Below, piece after piece: positions 36,784-45,636 of a DNA stretch of 64,000 nt (the first letter of the stretch is position 1; the number at the start of each line of letters is the position of its first letter). Location of the stretch: assembly GCA_944372335.1 (NCBI GenBank), contig CALVYQ010000002.1, positions 1,159 to 65,158 of the forward strand, written 5' to 3'. The translations under genes were made by a program, and so were the position numbers. The notes beneath the pieces are model-generated. The model did not search any database and was not told the DNA's origin. It saw only the letters and a program-made list of their open reading frames with translations. Origin of the DNA: an uncultured Clostridia bacterium (GTDB lineage Bacteria; Bacillota; Clostridia; Christensenellales; UBA1242).

Positions 36784-38942
36784 TCTTCATCGTCCTTATT
36801 GTCTATATGAAGCACTCTCTCTTTAATCTCCTGCGTTCTTCCTTTGTTCCAGAAGTTTGTGCCGATATAGCCACAGGTTCTTCTTGCGACATTAAGAGTG
36901 TTATGGTCACGGTTACCACAGTTTGGACAATACCATTCCAAATTATCATCAATTAAGATTTCGCCGGTATAACCACACTTCTGGCAATAATCGCTCTTTG
37001 TGTTAAGCTCGGCATACATGATGTTGTCATAGATAAACTTGATAACTTGCATTACAACTTCTAGGTTGTTTTGAAGATTTGGTGTTTCCACATAGGAAAC
37101 TGCTCCACCCGGACTTAATCTTTGGAACTCGCTTTCAAGTTTAAGTTTTGAGAAAGCGTCAATCTCTTCAAATACAGGAACGTGATAGGAGTTTGTGATG
37201 TAGTCCTTATCTGTAACGCCCTTTACAACGCCAAAACGCTTTTTAAGACACTTTGCAAACTTGTAGGTTGTCGATTCAATAGGAGTGCCATAGACGCTAT
37301 AATCCATATTCTCAGCCTCTTTCCACTCTTTGCACTTATCATTCATCTTTTGCATAACTTTAAGAGCAAACGCCTTGCCCTCGCCGTTATCGGTATGGCT
37401 ATGACCAGTCATATACTTCACGCACTCATAGAGCCCTGCATAGCCAAGAGAAATTGTAGAATACCCGCCGTGAAGAAGTGGATGTACGCTTTCGCCCTTT
37501 TCAAGTCTTGCAAGTGCGCCATATTGCCAAAGGATTGGCGCAACATCGCTTGTGATTTTTGCAAGACGCTCATGCCTAATTTTGAGAGCTTTGTGGCATA
37601 GTTCCAGTCTATCTTCGTAAATCTTCCAAAACTCGTCAAAATCTTTATTAGATGAGAGTGCCACATCTACAAGATTGATGGTTACAACGCCTTGATTAAA
37701 TCTTCCATAATATTTTGGCTTGTTTGTCTTAGGGTCAACATAAGGAGTGAGGAAGGAACGACAACCCATGCAAGGATAGCAGTTTCCATTGCCATTTTTG
37801 TCGATTTTAAGTTGTTTCATTATCTTCTCAGAGATATAGTCGGGCACCATACGCTTAGCGGTACACTGAGCGGCAAGTTTGGTAAGATAATAGTATTTGC
37901 TGTTCTCATAAATGTTGTCCTCTTCAAGCACATACAAAAGTTTTGGAAAGGCAGGAGTTATGTAAACACCTTTCTCGTTCTTCATGCCTTGAATTCTCTG
38001 CTTCAAAATCTCTTCAATAATCATGGCAAGCTCTTCTTTGTATTCCTCAGTTTCGCCAAGATATAGGCAGACACTCAAAAATGGAGCTTGTCCGTTTGTA
38101 GTTGTCATGGAGTTCACTTGATATTGGAAAGTCTGCACGCCGTCACGAATCTCTCTTGCCACGTCCTCTTTAGCAAACTTAACGCATTCCTCTTCGCTTA
38201 AATTACGTTTGCGATACATATCAAGATATTTTTTGTAACTATCTCTTACAAAAGGAGCAAGATGTGTCATGGTGACAGTAGCTCCACCATATTGGCTGGA
38301 AGTAACAGCCGTAATAATCTGTGTTGCAATTGTCATAGCCGTCAAAAACTTATGAGGCTTTTCAATCATAACCCCGTTGATATTTGTGCCATTTTGAAGC
38401 ATATCTTCAAGATTGATAAGGTCGCAGTTATGAAGAGCATTCTGTGCAAAATAGTCGGCATCATGGAAGTGAATAATACCCTCATCGTGTGCCTTAACAA
38501 CATCTTCTGGAAGCAAAAATCTTCTTGTGATATCAGTGCTTGTGATACCTGCAAGGTAGTCTCTTTGCGTAGTGACAATTCTAGCGTTTTTGTTAGAGTT
38601 TTCGGTGTTCCAATACTCACTCTCGCCGTCTATAAGTTCCTTGATAGATTGGTCGGTGGTGTTGGCTTTTCTAACTAATGCACGTGTGTATCTATATATG
38701 ATATACTTCTTGGCAAGTTCATAGTGCCCATACGCCATGAGCTTCTCTTCGATAAAGTCTTGAATATCCTCCACCAAAATTCGTGATTTTTTAAGCGATA
38801 AAACACCTTTAATAATGTCATTTATCTCTTTTTCTGTCGCTCTTTCGCCCTCTGGAACTTCATTATTAGCCTTTCCAATAGCATTTGCAATCTTAGTCTG
38901 GTCAAAGTCAACAATCGTTCCATTTCTTTTAACTACTTGCAT
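36780..38942 (-). CDS. nrdD: Anaerobic ribonucleoside-triphosphate reductase
   Basis: 720 aa. N-terminal ATP-cone (MQVVKRNGTIVDFDQTKI), C-terminal Zn-ribbon CxxC..CxxC, and the glycyl-radical motif RRTCGYIG. Confidence 0.95.
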   Translation of the reverse strand: MQVVKRNGTIVDFDQTKIANAIGKANNEVPEGERATEKEINDIIKGVLSLKKSRILVEDIQDFIEEKLMAYGHYELAKKYIIYRYTRALVRKANTTDQSIKELIDGESEYWNTENSNKNARIVTTQRDYLAGITSTDITRRFLLPEDVVKAHDEGIIHFHDADYFAQNALHNCDLINLEDMLQNGTNINGVMIEKPHKFLTAMTIATQIITAVTSSQYGGATVTMTHLAPFVRDSYKKYLDMYRKRNLSEEECVKFAKEDVAREIRDGVQTFQYQVNSMTTTNGQAPFLSVCLYLGETEEYKEELAMIIEEILKQRIQGMKNEKGVYITPAFPKLLYVLEEDNIYENSKYYYLTKLAAQCTAKRMVPDYISEKIMKQLKIDKNGNGNCYPCMGCRSFLTPYVDPKTNKPKYYGRFNQGVVTINLVDVALSSNKDFDEFWKIYEDRLELCHKALKIRHERLAKITSDVAPILWQYGALARLEKGESVHPLLHGGYSTISLGYAGLYECVKYMTGHSHTDNGEGKAFALKVMQKMNDKCKEWKEAENMDYSVYGTPIESTTYKFAKCLKKRFGVVKGVTDKDYITNSYHVPVFEEIDAFSKLKLESEFQRLSPGGAVSYVETPNLQNNLEVVMQVIKFIYDNIMYAELNTKSDYCQKCGYTGEILIDDNLEWYCPNCGNRDHNTLNVARRTCGYIGTNFWNKGRTQEIKERVLHIDNKDDEE

Positions 38943-38980
38943 TTTTCTTTCCCTCCTGCTACAAGTTCTAGCCCTATTTT

Positions 38981-39028
38981 AAAACATATATAGTGTTTTT
39001 GTCAAACAAAAATAACTAGATATTGTGT
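38981..39028. promoter_or_regulatory. Two tandem NrdR-box-like sites upstream of nrdD
   Basis: aaaacatatatagtgt (38981-38996) and taactagatattgtgt (39013-39028). Each matches about 13/16 of the published consensus acaCwAtATaTwGtgt (right halves perfect). They are offset by 32 bp. Confidence 0.55.
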
Positions 39029-39220
39029 TTTTTGCAAATTTTTTATAAAATTCATAATTCAATAAATTTTAAAATATTTTTTAAAATCTTTCTTAAGCGA
39101 AAAGGTCTTAAAGTAGGTTATATCTTTATAACAAAATTCGCATTTAAAATTTTTTTATAAGAATTCTATATCTATTCGCAAAAACAAAAAGTCCTTTTAA
39201 TTTAGTAAAAGGATTTTGTT

Positions 39221-40066
39221 TTAAAATTTTTTTGTGGTCAGTTTATCATATTCTTGTTGCTCTTTTAAAAGCACCACACTCTTTGAGACATCGTAGGTCA
39301 TCTCTTTGTAGGTAAATGATAATACATAGTTTTTCTGCCATACCTGTTCTTTGATGTTTAGGTCATTTTCGTCCTCGCTCTTTGGAAATTCGTGTTTTGT
39401 TTCGTTTAAATCGTAAGTGCCGTCAAAGTCCGTCCAGCCCTCATCACTAAGCCACACCTTTACGCCGATGTTCTTGTAGTCCACCATCTCCACAGCAAAT
39501 ATATTGTCAAGGTCGATTTTTAAGGCACACTTGCCAAGAAACATAAAGATATAGTTGAATTTATAGCAAGGCGTGGCGGACAACACCTTTTTATAGTCGC
39601 TTTCAAGTGGCACCTTTCGTAGCTTTTCTTCAAACTTTTTAAGCGCCTGGCATTTTGCATTGTGCGGTTTAGCCTCAAACTCCGATAGGTCGAAAATTTT
39701 GATATGTTTCTTCAAAAGGTTTAGCGTGTCTTTCGACTGTCCGATATGGTTTGTGTCCACTTTCTTTAAAAGTTCAAAGTTGTCTTCCACAGCGTCTATT
39801 GAGCGAATATTCTCAAAGATTAAACTCTCGCTTGGCTTGTCTTTTTCCTCAATTTGGAGTTTGCTTTCATTTAAGATTTTTTCAAGCTCCTCGCTTCCAA
39901 CCGCCTTGATAATCTTATCAACCTTGGCATTATACTTATCAAAGATAAGCTTTGAGATATATTTTGAAACGCCCTTATTCTTTCTATCACGATAATAAAA
40001 CACAGCAATCACCGCCACAAAGAAAAGGACAATAATAATGGTAAGTATCGTCACCCAGGTTTCCAT
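39221..40066 (-). CDS. Hypothetical N-terminally anchored protein
   Basis: 281 aa. RBS GGAGGGG. One N-terminal TM helix. No motif recognised. Confidence 0.6.
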   Translation of the reverse strand: METWVTILTIIIVLFFVAVIAVFYYRDRKNKGVSKYISKLIFDKYNAKVDKIIKAVGSEELEKILNESKLQIEEKDKPSESLIFENIRSIDAVEDNFELLKKVDTNHIGQSKDTLNLLKKHIKIFDLSEFEAKPHNAKCQALKKFEEKLRKVPLESDYKKVLSATPCYKFNYIFMFLGKCALKIDLDNIFAVEMVDYKNIGVKVWLSDEGWTDFDGTYDLNETKHEFPKSEDENDLNIKEQVWQKNYVLSFTYKEMTYDVSKSVVLLKEQQEYDKLTTKKF

Positions 40067-40227
40067 AACCCCTCCATGCTAAAAGTATATCAAACTTATT
40101 CCCCGTTTTCAAAAGGAATACGCAAAGTTTAATATATTTTTCTCTAACGCCAAAAAATAATGTGCAATTTTTACCCTTTACAACCTTTTTGTTTTTTAAT
40201 ATTTTAAAATACTTTCGGAGGTTGAAA

Positions 40228-40440
40228 ATGAAAACAAAAATAAAAACAAATGGAAGGTATTTTACAAAATTAAGAAAAAAGCAAAATCTAACAATAAAAG
40301 AACTATCATTAAAAACAGGCATTTCGGAGTCAACGCTGACAAACATAGAAAACAACAAAGTCATTCCACGACTACGAACATTACTAAAATTAGTTAAGTT
40401 TTACAACATTACTTTCAAAGAATTGTTTGAGAATTATTAG
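40228..40440 (+). CDS. XRE-family helix-turn-helix regulator
   Basis: 70 aa starting at the ATG at 40228 (RBS GGAGG). LRKKQNLTIKELSLKTGISESTLTNIENNK is a classic Cro/C1 HTH. Confidence 0.8.
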   Translation: MKTKIKTNGRYFTKLRKKQNLTIKELSLKTGISESTLTNIENNKVIPRLRTLLKLVKFYNITFKELFENY

Positions 40441-40468
40441 GCTTTATTTTATTCATCTCTTAAATATA

Positions 40469-41758
40469 TTATAAAAACATAGCCATATATAGTGGCAGTG
40501 TTAGCATATTTCCAACCTGTCCAACATTGCCATAAATTAATTTAATTCCTTGTAAATTAGGATTTATTTTTAATATCGTTGACAATGATTTTGCCTTGCT
40601 ATTATTTGATTTTACTTCAATTGGGATTACTTTTGCATTTTTTGATAAAACAAAATCTATTTCCAGTGTGTTATTTCTATTATAAAAGTATAGTTTATTT
40701 CCATTTGAGTGCAAGATTTGAGCTATGATATTTTCAAAAATTGCACCTTTATAAATTCCAAGATTTCCTTCCATAATTTGAGCATTTGTTCCATCATCTA
40801 GCATAGATATAAGAAGTCCGGTATCTGCCATATAGAGTTTGAAGTAATCTTCTTCTTTATATGCAACCAGTGGAAGGTCAAGGGTTGATACATTATTGCA
40901 AATATTAACTATTCCAGCATCAATTAACCAATTTACACTTCCTAAATATTTTTGACTTTTGCCGTTTTTATCAAAAGTGCTATACATAAACTTTTTATTC
41001 TCTTTTGCAAGTTGTGCTGGTATGCTTTCAAAACAAGCTTTGGCTTTAACTTTTTCTGTTGAAACAGCATACTTTGCAATATCGTTCTTATAATCAATTA
41101 ATATATTTTTTTGTAGATTCAAGACTTCTTCATAGTTGTGATTATTTATAAAAGTATTAACAACATTAGGCATACCACCAACAACAATATATTGTTTAAA
41201 ATATTCTAATAGTTTAAAATTCATTGCTTCATTTACACCACTTTTAGTTTCATAACATTCTTTTATAATTGAGATAACTCTTTCTTCAACACCATTTGCC
41301 CAAAGGAATTCTGTAAACGAAAGAGGATTCATCTCTAAAAATTCAACATAACCAGTCGGATAAGAAGAAACTTGTTCATAATTTATCCCCAAAAGAGAAC
41401 CTGAAGCAATTACATCAAACCTTTTATCAATTGCAAAAAACTTTAATGCCGTTCTTGCATTAGGACAAACTTGAATTTCATCAAAAAAGATGAGAGTTTT
41501 ATTTGGAACTAAATGCGATTGAACATACAAAGACATATTGGCAAGAATAGAATTAATGTCCAAATCGCCCTCAAATATTTTTTTTGCGGTTGGATTTTCC
41601 ACAAAATTAATCTCAATAAAGTTTTCATAATTCTCTTTCGCAAATTTTTCAACAATATATGTTTTACCTACCTGTCTTGCACCACTTATTATTAAACACT
41701 TTTTGTCACTGTTTCTCTTCCATTCTTTTAATTTTTCTTCTATCTCTCTTTTTAGCAT
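40469..41758 (-). CDS. AAA_14 / DUF4143-type ATPase
   Basis: Walker A GARQVGKT, Walker B-like LIFFDEIQ, and a C-terminal region typical of DUF4143 proteins. The ATG at 41758 follows AAGGAG. The gene is visibly more AT-rich than its neighbours. Confidence 0.75.
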   Translation of the reverse strand: MLKREIEEKLKEWKRNSDKKCLIISGARQVGKTYIVEKFAKENYENFIEINFVENPTAKKIFEGDLDINSILANMSLYVQSHLVPNKTLIFFDEIQVCPNARTALKFFAIDKRFDVIASGSLLGINYEQVSSYPTGYVEFLEMNPLSFTEFLWANGVEERVISIIKECYETKSGVNEAMNFKLLEYFKQYIVVGGMPNVVNTFINNHNYEEVLNLQKNILIDYKNDIAKYAVSTEKVKAKACFESIPAQLAKENKKFMYSTFDKNGKSQKYLGSVNWLIDAGIVNICNNVSTLDLPLVAYKEEDYFKLYMADTGLLISMLDDGTNAQIMEGNLGIYKGAIFENIIAQILHSNGNKLYFYNRNNTLEIDFVLSKNAKVIPIEVKSNNSKAKSLSTILKINPNLQGIKLIYGNVGQVGNMLTLPLYMAMFL

Positions 41759-41813
41759 AAACACTCCTTTTATACGAATACTTTATCATAAAACAACAAT
41801 AAAGTCAACCATT

Positions 41814-41943
41814 ATGGAGATTTTCCGGGGGAATAATTTGGAAATTTGGAGATTTTTCCACCGAATATTTTTAAAAAATGGAGATTTTCCGGGGGAATAA
41901 TTTTTGAAAATGGAGATTTTTTTAAAATTATAAAATAATAAGA
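41814..41943 (+). repeat. Four tandem 32-bp units sharing the core (A/T)TGGAGATTTT
   Basis: GGAGATTTT begins at 41816, 41848, 41880 and 41912, an exact 32-bp period. Units 1 and 3 share an identical 26 nt (atggagattttccgggggaataattt, 41814-41839 and 41878-41903). Confidence 0.85.
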
Positions 41944-41969
41944 ATAATATTTTCTCCTATTTCCTTGAC

Positions 41970-42004
41970 TAATCTCCTATTTTTTGGCTTAAAATAGGAG
42001 ATTA
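41970..42004 (-). terminator. 14-bp perfect hairpin overlapping the stop of the 42002-42556 gene
   Basis: taatctcctatttt / aaaataggagatta with a 7-nt loop. There is no clean U-run on the minus strand, and the arms share the GGAGATT core of the adjacent repeats. Confidence 0.4.
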
Positions 42005-42556
42005 TTTAATCTTAAAATGCTTTTTGTAGGCGTTATATATGATGTCTGCAAGTTCCTCTGGCGTCTTATTTTTGCTTGACTGGACAAAGTCATAGTTTTT
42101 TAAGTTGGAGCAATCGATTCCATAGGTCTTTTTATAGACTTTGAGTTCGTTTTCCCAACGTGATATAACAACACGCTTTGCTTCCTCAAAATTGGTATAT
42201 TTTTCTAGCCCTTCACGGTCGGAGTTTACTAGACGTTTTGCAATTTCCTCTTTATCTAAGTCGATAAAAACATTAAAAGCTTCAGGCAGAAAATGCCATG
42301 CTACCCTGCTTTCTAGCACCACATTCTGTCCTTCATACTTTTTTATAAAGGTTGGAATTTGCTTGTCCATATAAACATCAAAGGAGGAATCTTTCACTCT
42401 AAATTTTGTAAACTCTTCCGTGCTCATTCCTCGCCTCTTAGCTTCTTCTTTAAATAGATCGCCCATGCTTATTCGTTTAAAATTATATTTTTGTTCTAAC
42501 ACCTTTGCAATTGTAGATTTTCCACTGCAAGGCTTACCTGTTATCGTGATTACCAT
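42002..42556 (-). CDS. Cytidylate-kinase-like P-loop NTPase
   Basis: 184 aa. Walker A GKPCSGKST at the N-terminus. Overall layout of small nucleotide/nucleoside kinases. RBS AGGAGG. Confidence 0.65.
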   Translation of the reverse strand: MVITITGKPCSGKSTIAKVLEQKYNFKRISMGDLFKEEAKRRGMSTEEFTKFRVKDSSFDVYMDKQIPTFIKKYEGQNVVLESRVAWHFLPEAFNVFIDLDKEEIAKRLVNSDREGLEKYTNFEEAKRVVISRWENELKVYKKTYGIDCSNLKNYDFVQSSKNKTPEELADIIYNAYKKHFKIK

Positions 42557-42653
42557 AATTCCTCCTTTTTAACACAAATCGTATCCTTATTAAACTATTG
42601 TAAGAAAAATTATAGCCTCTAAAAAAGAAAAAAGCAATTTTATTTAAAAAAAA

Positions 42654-42683
42654 TTGTAAAAAGATAGATTTCTGTGCTATAAT
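42654..42683 (+). promoter_or_regulatory. Probable deoD promoter
   Basis: TTGTAA, 18 nt, then TGcTATAAT (extended -10), about 20 nt before the RBS GGGAGGAGG. Confidence 0.5.
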
Positions 42684-42704
42684 CTAACTGTTAAGGGAGG
42701 AGGT

Positions 42705-43412
42705 ATGGCAACGCCACATATAAATGCAAAGAAAAGCGATATAGCAAAAGTGGTGATTATGGCTGGTGACCCTGTCCGCATTAAGAATATGGCGGAAAAA
42801 TTTCTTGATAATGCAAAATGCGTCAACGACACAAGAGGCATGCTTGCATACACTGGCCTATATAAAGGAAAAAAAGTGACCTTTATGGCTCATGGCATGG
42901 GCTGTCCGTCTATGGGGATTTACTCCTATGAGCTTTTTGCATTTTACGGCGTAGAAACAATCATTCGGGTTGGAACTATCGGTGCATTAAGAGAGGAAAT
43001 CGATTTAAAAGATATCATAATTGCTCATCAAGCCTATACTAAGACTAACTTTGACGATTTCTACATCAAAAATGGTGCATCTTTTGTGGAAGCTTCTTCT
43101 AGGCTTGCCCAAAAAGCGGTAGAAATTTGTGAGAAGGATAATGTTAAATACCATTATGGAAATATTTACTGCTCTGATAACTTCTACACCGACTTTGACC
43201 AAATTAAACTCGCTAAGGAGAAAAAGCTTTTAGGTGTGGAAATGGAAAGTGCAAGTCTATATTTAAATGCCAAGAAGTTTAAAAAGGACGCTCTCACTAT
43301 GTGTGTTGTGTCAGATAGTTTGGTGACGAAAAAGGCACTACCTGCAAATGAAAGAGCGAATTCTTTTGATGAGATTGTTAAAGTTGCCCTATCTATTGCC
43401 TTGAAAAAATAA
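42705..43412 (+). CDS. deoD: Purine nucleoside phosphorylase, DeoD type
   Basis: 235 aa. MATPHINAKKSDIAKVVIMAGDPVRIK ... GMGCPSMGIYSYEL ... VEMESASL is typical of hexameric PNP. Confidence 0.92.
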   Translation: MATPHINAKKSDIAKVVIMAGDPVRIKNMAEKFLDNAKCVNDTRGMLAYTGLYKGKKVTFMAHGMGCPSMGIYSYELFAFYGVETIIRVGTIGALREEIDLKDIIIAHQAYTKTNFDDFYIKNGASFVEASSRLAQKAVEICEKDNVKYHYGNIYCSDNFYTDFDQIKLAKEKKLLGVEMESASLYLNAKKFKKDALTMCVVSDSLVTKKALPANERANSFDEIVKVALSIALKK

Positions 43413-43426
43413 AAGGAGAGGAAAAA

Positions 43427-44254
43427 ATGCTATCATGTGAAGGAACAGGAAAGAATATCGAACAGGCTGTGGAGAACGCCCTCTTTGAACTTAAAGTGTC
43501 AAGAGAAGATGTCGATATCAAAATTTTAAATCCAGGTGGATTTTTGAAAAAGGCCAAAGTGCTTGTAACCATCTCTGAAGATGCCAGAGAGAAATATGAG
43601 AAAAAGGAACAGCTAAAAAAGCAAGAAAAAGAAGAAGAAACAAAGATTGAAATAAATGTACATGAGCCTAAGGTTAATGTAGAACAAGCAAAAGTCAAGG
43701 TAGATGTTGAACAACCTAAGATTTCAGTTGAAAAGCCAAAAGTGCAAATCATCACTGACGAAGAATATGTTTCGGTACAGAAAGAAGATAAAGATGAAAA
43801 AAATGTTAAAACAGTTGAACCAGAAAAACTTATTAAAGATATTTTGGAAGCACTTGACCTAACCGCAGAAATTTCAGTCAGTGAAGACGAAAAATTTATT
43901 CGCTATAGCGTAACAGGAGAAAATCTCAACGATTTAATCGGTCATCACGGTGAATGTCTATACGCACTTTCATCTTTCATTAGCTCGGTATGCAAGAATG
44001 ATAAACGCAAGAAGGTGGTGCTTGATGTTGAAAATTATCGTTCAAAGCGTGAAGAGACTTTGAGAGCACTCGCTGAGCGTATTGCAAACAAAGTGGCAAA
44101 AAGCGGAAGATATTATAAGTTTGAACCTATGGACGCCAGCGAACGCAAAGTTATCCACACTGCACTTCAAAATGATGACAGAGTGACCACAATGAGTAAA
44201 GGCGAAGAACCAAGAAGATATTTAATTGTCTTTCCAAGAGAATACAAAGAATAA
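43427..44254 (+). CDS. khpB: RNA-binding protein KhpB/Jag (Jag_N, KH, R3H)
   Basis: 275 aa. N-terminal Jag_N-like segment, K/E-rich linker, KH-like region (IGHHGECLYAL), and a C-terminal R3H (ERKVIHTALQNDDRVTTMSKGEEPRRYLIVFP). Confidence 0.88.
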   Translation: MLSCEGTGKNIEQAVENALFELKVSREDVDIKILNPGGFLKKAKVLVTISEDAREKYEKKEQLKKQEKEEETKIEINVHEPKVNVEQAKVKVDVEQPKISVEKPKVQIITDEEYVSVQKEDKDEKNVKTVEPEKLIKDILEALDLTAEISVSEDEKFIRYSVTGENLNDLIGHHGECLYALSSFISSVCKNDKRKKVVLDVENYRSKREETLRALAERIANKVAKSGRYYKFEPMDASERKVIHTALQNDDRVTTMSKGEEPRRYLIVFPREYKE

Positions 44255-44295
44255 TTTTAAATAAATATTTAATTAATATTAAAATTAACAAAAAA

Positions 44296-44323
44296 ATAGC
44301 AAAAAATCAAAATCTTTTGCTAT
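44296..44323. terminator. Bidirectional terminator between convergent genes
   Basis: Stem atagcaaaa / ttttgctat flanked by an A-run and a T-run. Confidence 0.65.
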
Positions 44324-44479
44324 TTTTTATTGTTTTTTATAAAAAATTATAATAAATTAATTAAAATTGCTTTTCATAATGCCGAAAAATATTTCAAATT
44401 TATTTATAAATATAAGTTTTATTTTAAAGTATTTGTTTTTATTTAATATTTGTATTTTCTTATTATTTTTATGGATTTT

Positions 44480-45610
44480 TTATTCAATAGTTTCTCCTGT
44501 TTCTTCCTCTTGAAGTAAGGTGAAGGTCATATAGGCGGGATTATGGTCAGAATATTCAAAATCTGTGTCGATGTTTTCTATGCTATTAATTTGAATATTG
44601 TCTGAAACCAAAAAGCCATCTAAAACAACAGTATAGTTGACGCCCTTCTCATAAGGCATATCGGTGGAACGACAAGTTGCCACACTCGTATCTTGTGCAA
44701 AGGAAAAATGCTCTGGAATTTCCTCTTCGCTAATTGCCTTTACCCATTCAGGAACTTTTTGCTGTGTTTCAAAGGAATTGGAACTATTAGCTATATCATG
44801 ATTCCAATCACCTCCTGCAATCACGTAGTTACCTTTGTTATACTCTCCCTGCATAAAAGTTAAAAGCATCTCTAGTTGCTGTGCTCTTATTCTTCCTCCT
44901 TCATCATACGCACTCATGTGTAGATTGATAAGCACAAGTTGTTTGTCGGAATTTTGAATTGGAAGATAGTTTACTTCAAAGCATCTATCTAAATCAAAAA
45001 ACTTCTGAACGAAACTTTCATCAATTGGAAAGGAACGGCGGACGCTTTCTGAAATTTGATATTTTGACAAGGTCACCTGTCCACTCTTTACAGCCCCTAT
45101 TGGATTGGTAGGAGGATAGATTAGATAACCCGTGTGCATATTTTCAACATAGCTATTTGAGTATTCTGAAAAATTTTCGCAAATCTCTTCATATTGGTTG
45201 ACAAAGTGGCTTCTGTCCGCCTTTATGTCCACCTCTTGAAAAAAGGAAAAATCGGTGTTGAGAGTTCTTATTGCGTTTATCGCACCATTGGTATTGTAAA
45301 GCACCACGTCTTTACTGCTTGCACGTGACTTTGTGCCCTGTACTTTCTTGCCGTCTAGCATCTCGCCACTGTCCATAAAGAAGGAAAAATCATGCGAATA
45401 TGCCCCAAAACCGATATTATAGGTGGAGATGGAATATGACCTATCAAGCTCCACCACCGCTTCGGTGTTATTATTGACCGTGACAGCAAGATTATCTCGT
45501 ATCCTATAATAGTTGACAGAAAGATAGGCCACATAGCTAAGAAATATCGCCACGATAAGTAAAACAACCATTAGTAAGCTTACTCCTGCAATCTTCCAAC
45601 CTTTTTTCAT
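44480..45610 (-). CDS. Membrane-anchored endonuclease/exonuclease/phosphatase (EEP) family protein
   Basis: 376 aa. N-terminal TM helix. GGDWNHD and SDHNP motifs are characteristic of the EEP fold. RBS AGGAGG. Confidence 0.78.
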   Translation of the reverse strand: MKKGWKIAGVSLLMVVLLIVAIFLSYVAYLSVNYYRIRDNLAVTVNNNTEAVVELDRSYSISTYNIGFGAYSHDFSFFMDSGEMLDGKKVQGTKSRASSKDVVLYNTNGAINAIRTLNTDFSFFQEVDIKADRSHFVNQYEEICENFSEYSNSYVENMHTGYLIYPPTNPIGAVKSGQVTLSKYQISESVRRSFPIDESFVQKFFDLDRCFEVNYLPIQNSDKQLVLINLHMSAYDEGGRIRAQQLEMLLTFMQGEYNKGNYVIAGGDWNHDIANSSNSFETQQKVPEWVKAISEEEIPEHFSFAQDTSVATCRSTDMPYEKGVNYTVVLDGFLVSDNIQINSIENIDTDFEYSDHNPAYMTFTLLQEEETGETIE

Positions 45611-45636
45611 TTGTCCTCCTTTATTTATAACAAACT

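Noticed and set aside
37182-38678. Three 124-139-aa plus-strand ORFs antisense to nrdD
   Set aside because: nrdD is unambiguous across this span. The antisense ORFs have no RBS and no recognisable motifs.
39987-40364. 125-aa minus-strand ORF spanning the divergent spacer and the XRE gene
   Set aside because: It overlaps the start of the 281-aa gene and lies antisense to a clear HTH gene. It has no RBS.
41703-41900. 65-aa ORF reading through the 32-bp repeats
   Set aside because: The open frame arises from the repeat periodicity. There is no RBS, and the frame overlaps the 5' end of the ATPase gene on the opposite strand (ATG at 41758).
41814-41943. Possible CRISPR array (32-bp period)
   Set aside because: The units are contiguous with no unique spacers, alternate between two degenerate forms, and have no cas genes nearby.
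43393-43755. 120-aa minus-strand ORF antisense to khpB/jag
   Set aside because: Its S/T/F-rich low-complexity sequence mirrors the K/E-rich linker of KhpB. It is a shadow ORF.
44151-44159. Perfect DnaA box TTATCCACA inside khpB
   Set aside because: It is a single box within the coding sequence of the conserved R3H motif (KVIHTA). It is most simply explained by codon content.
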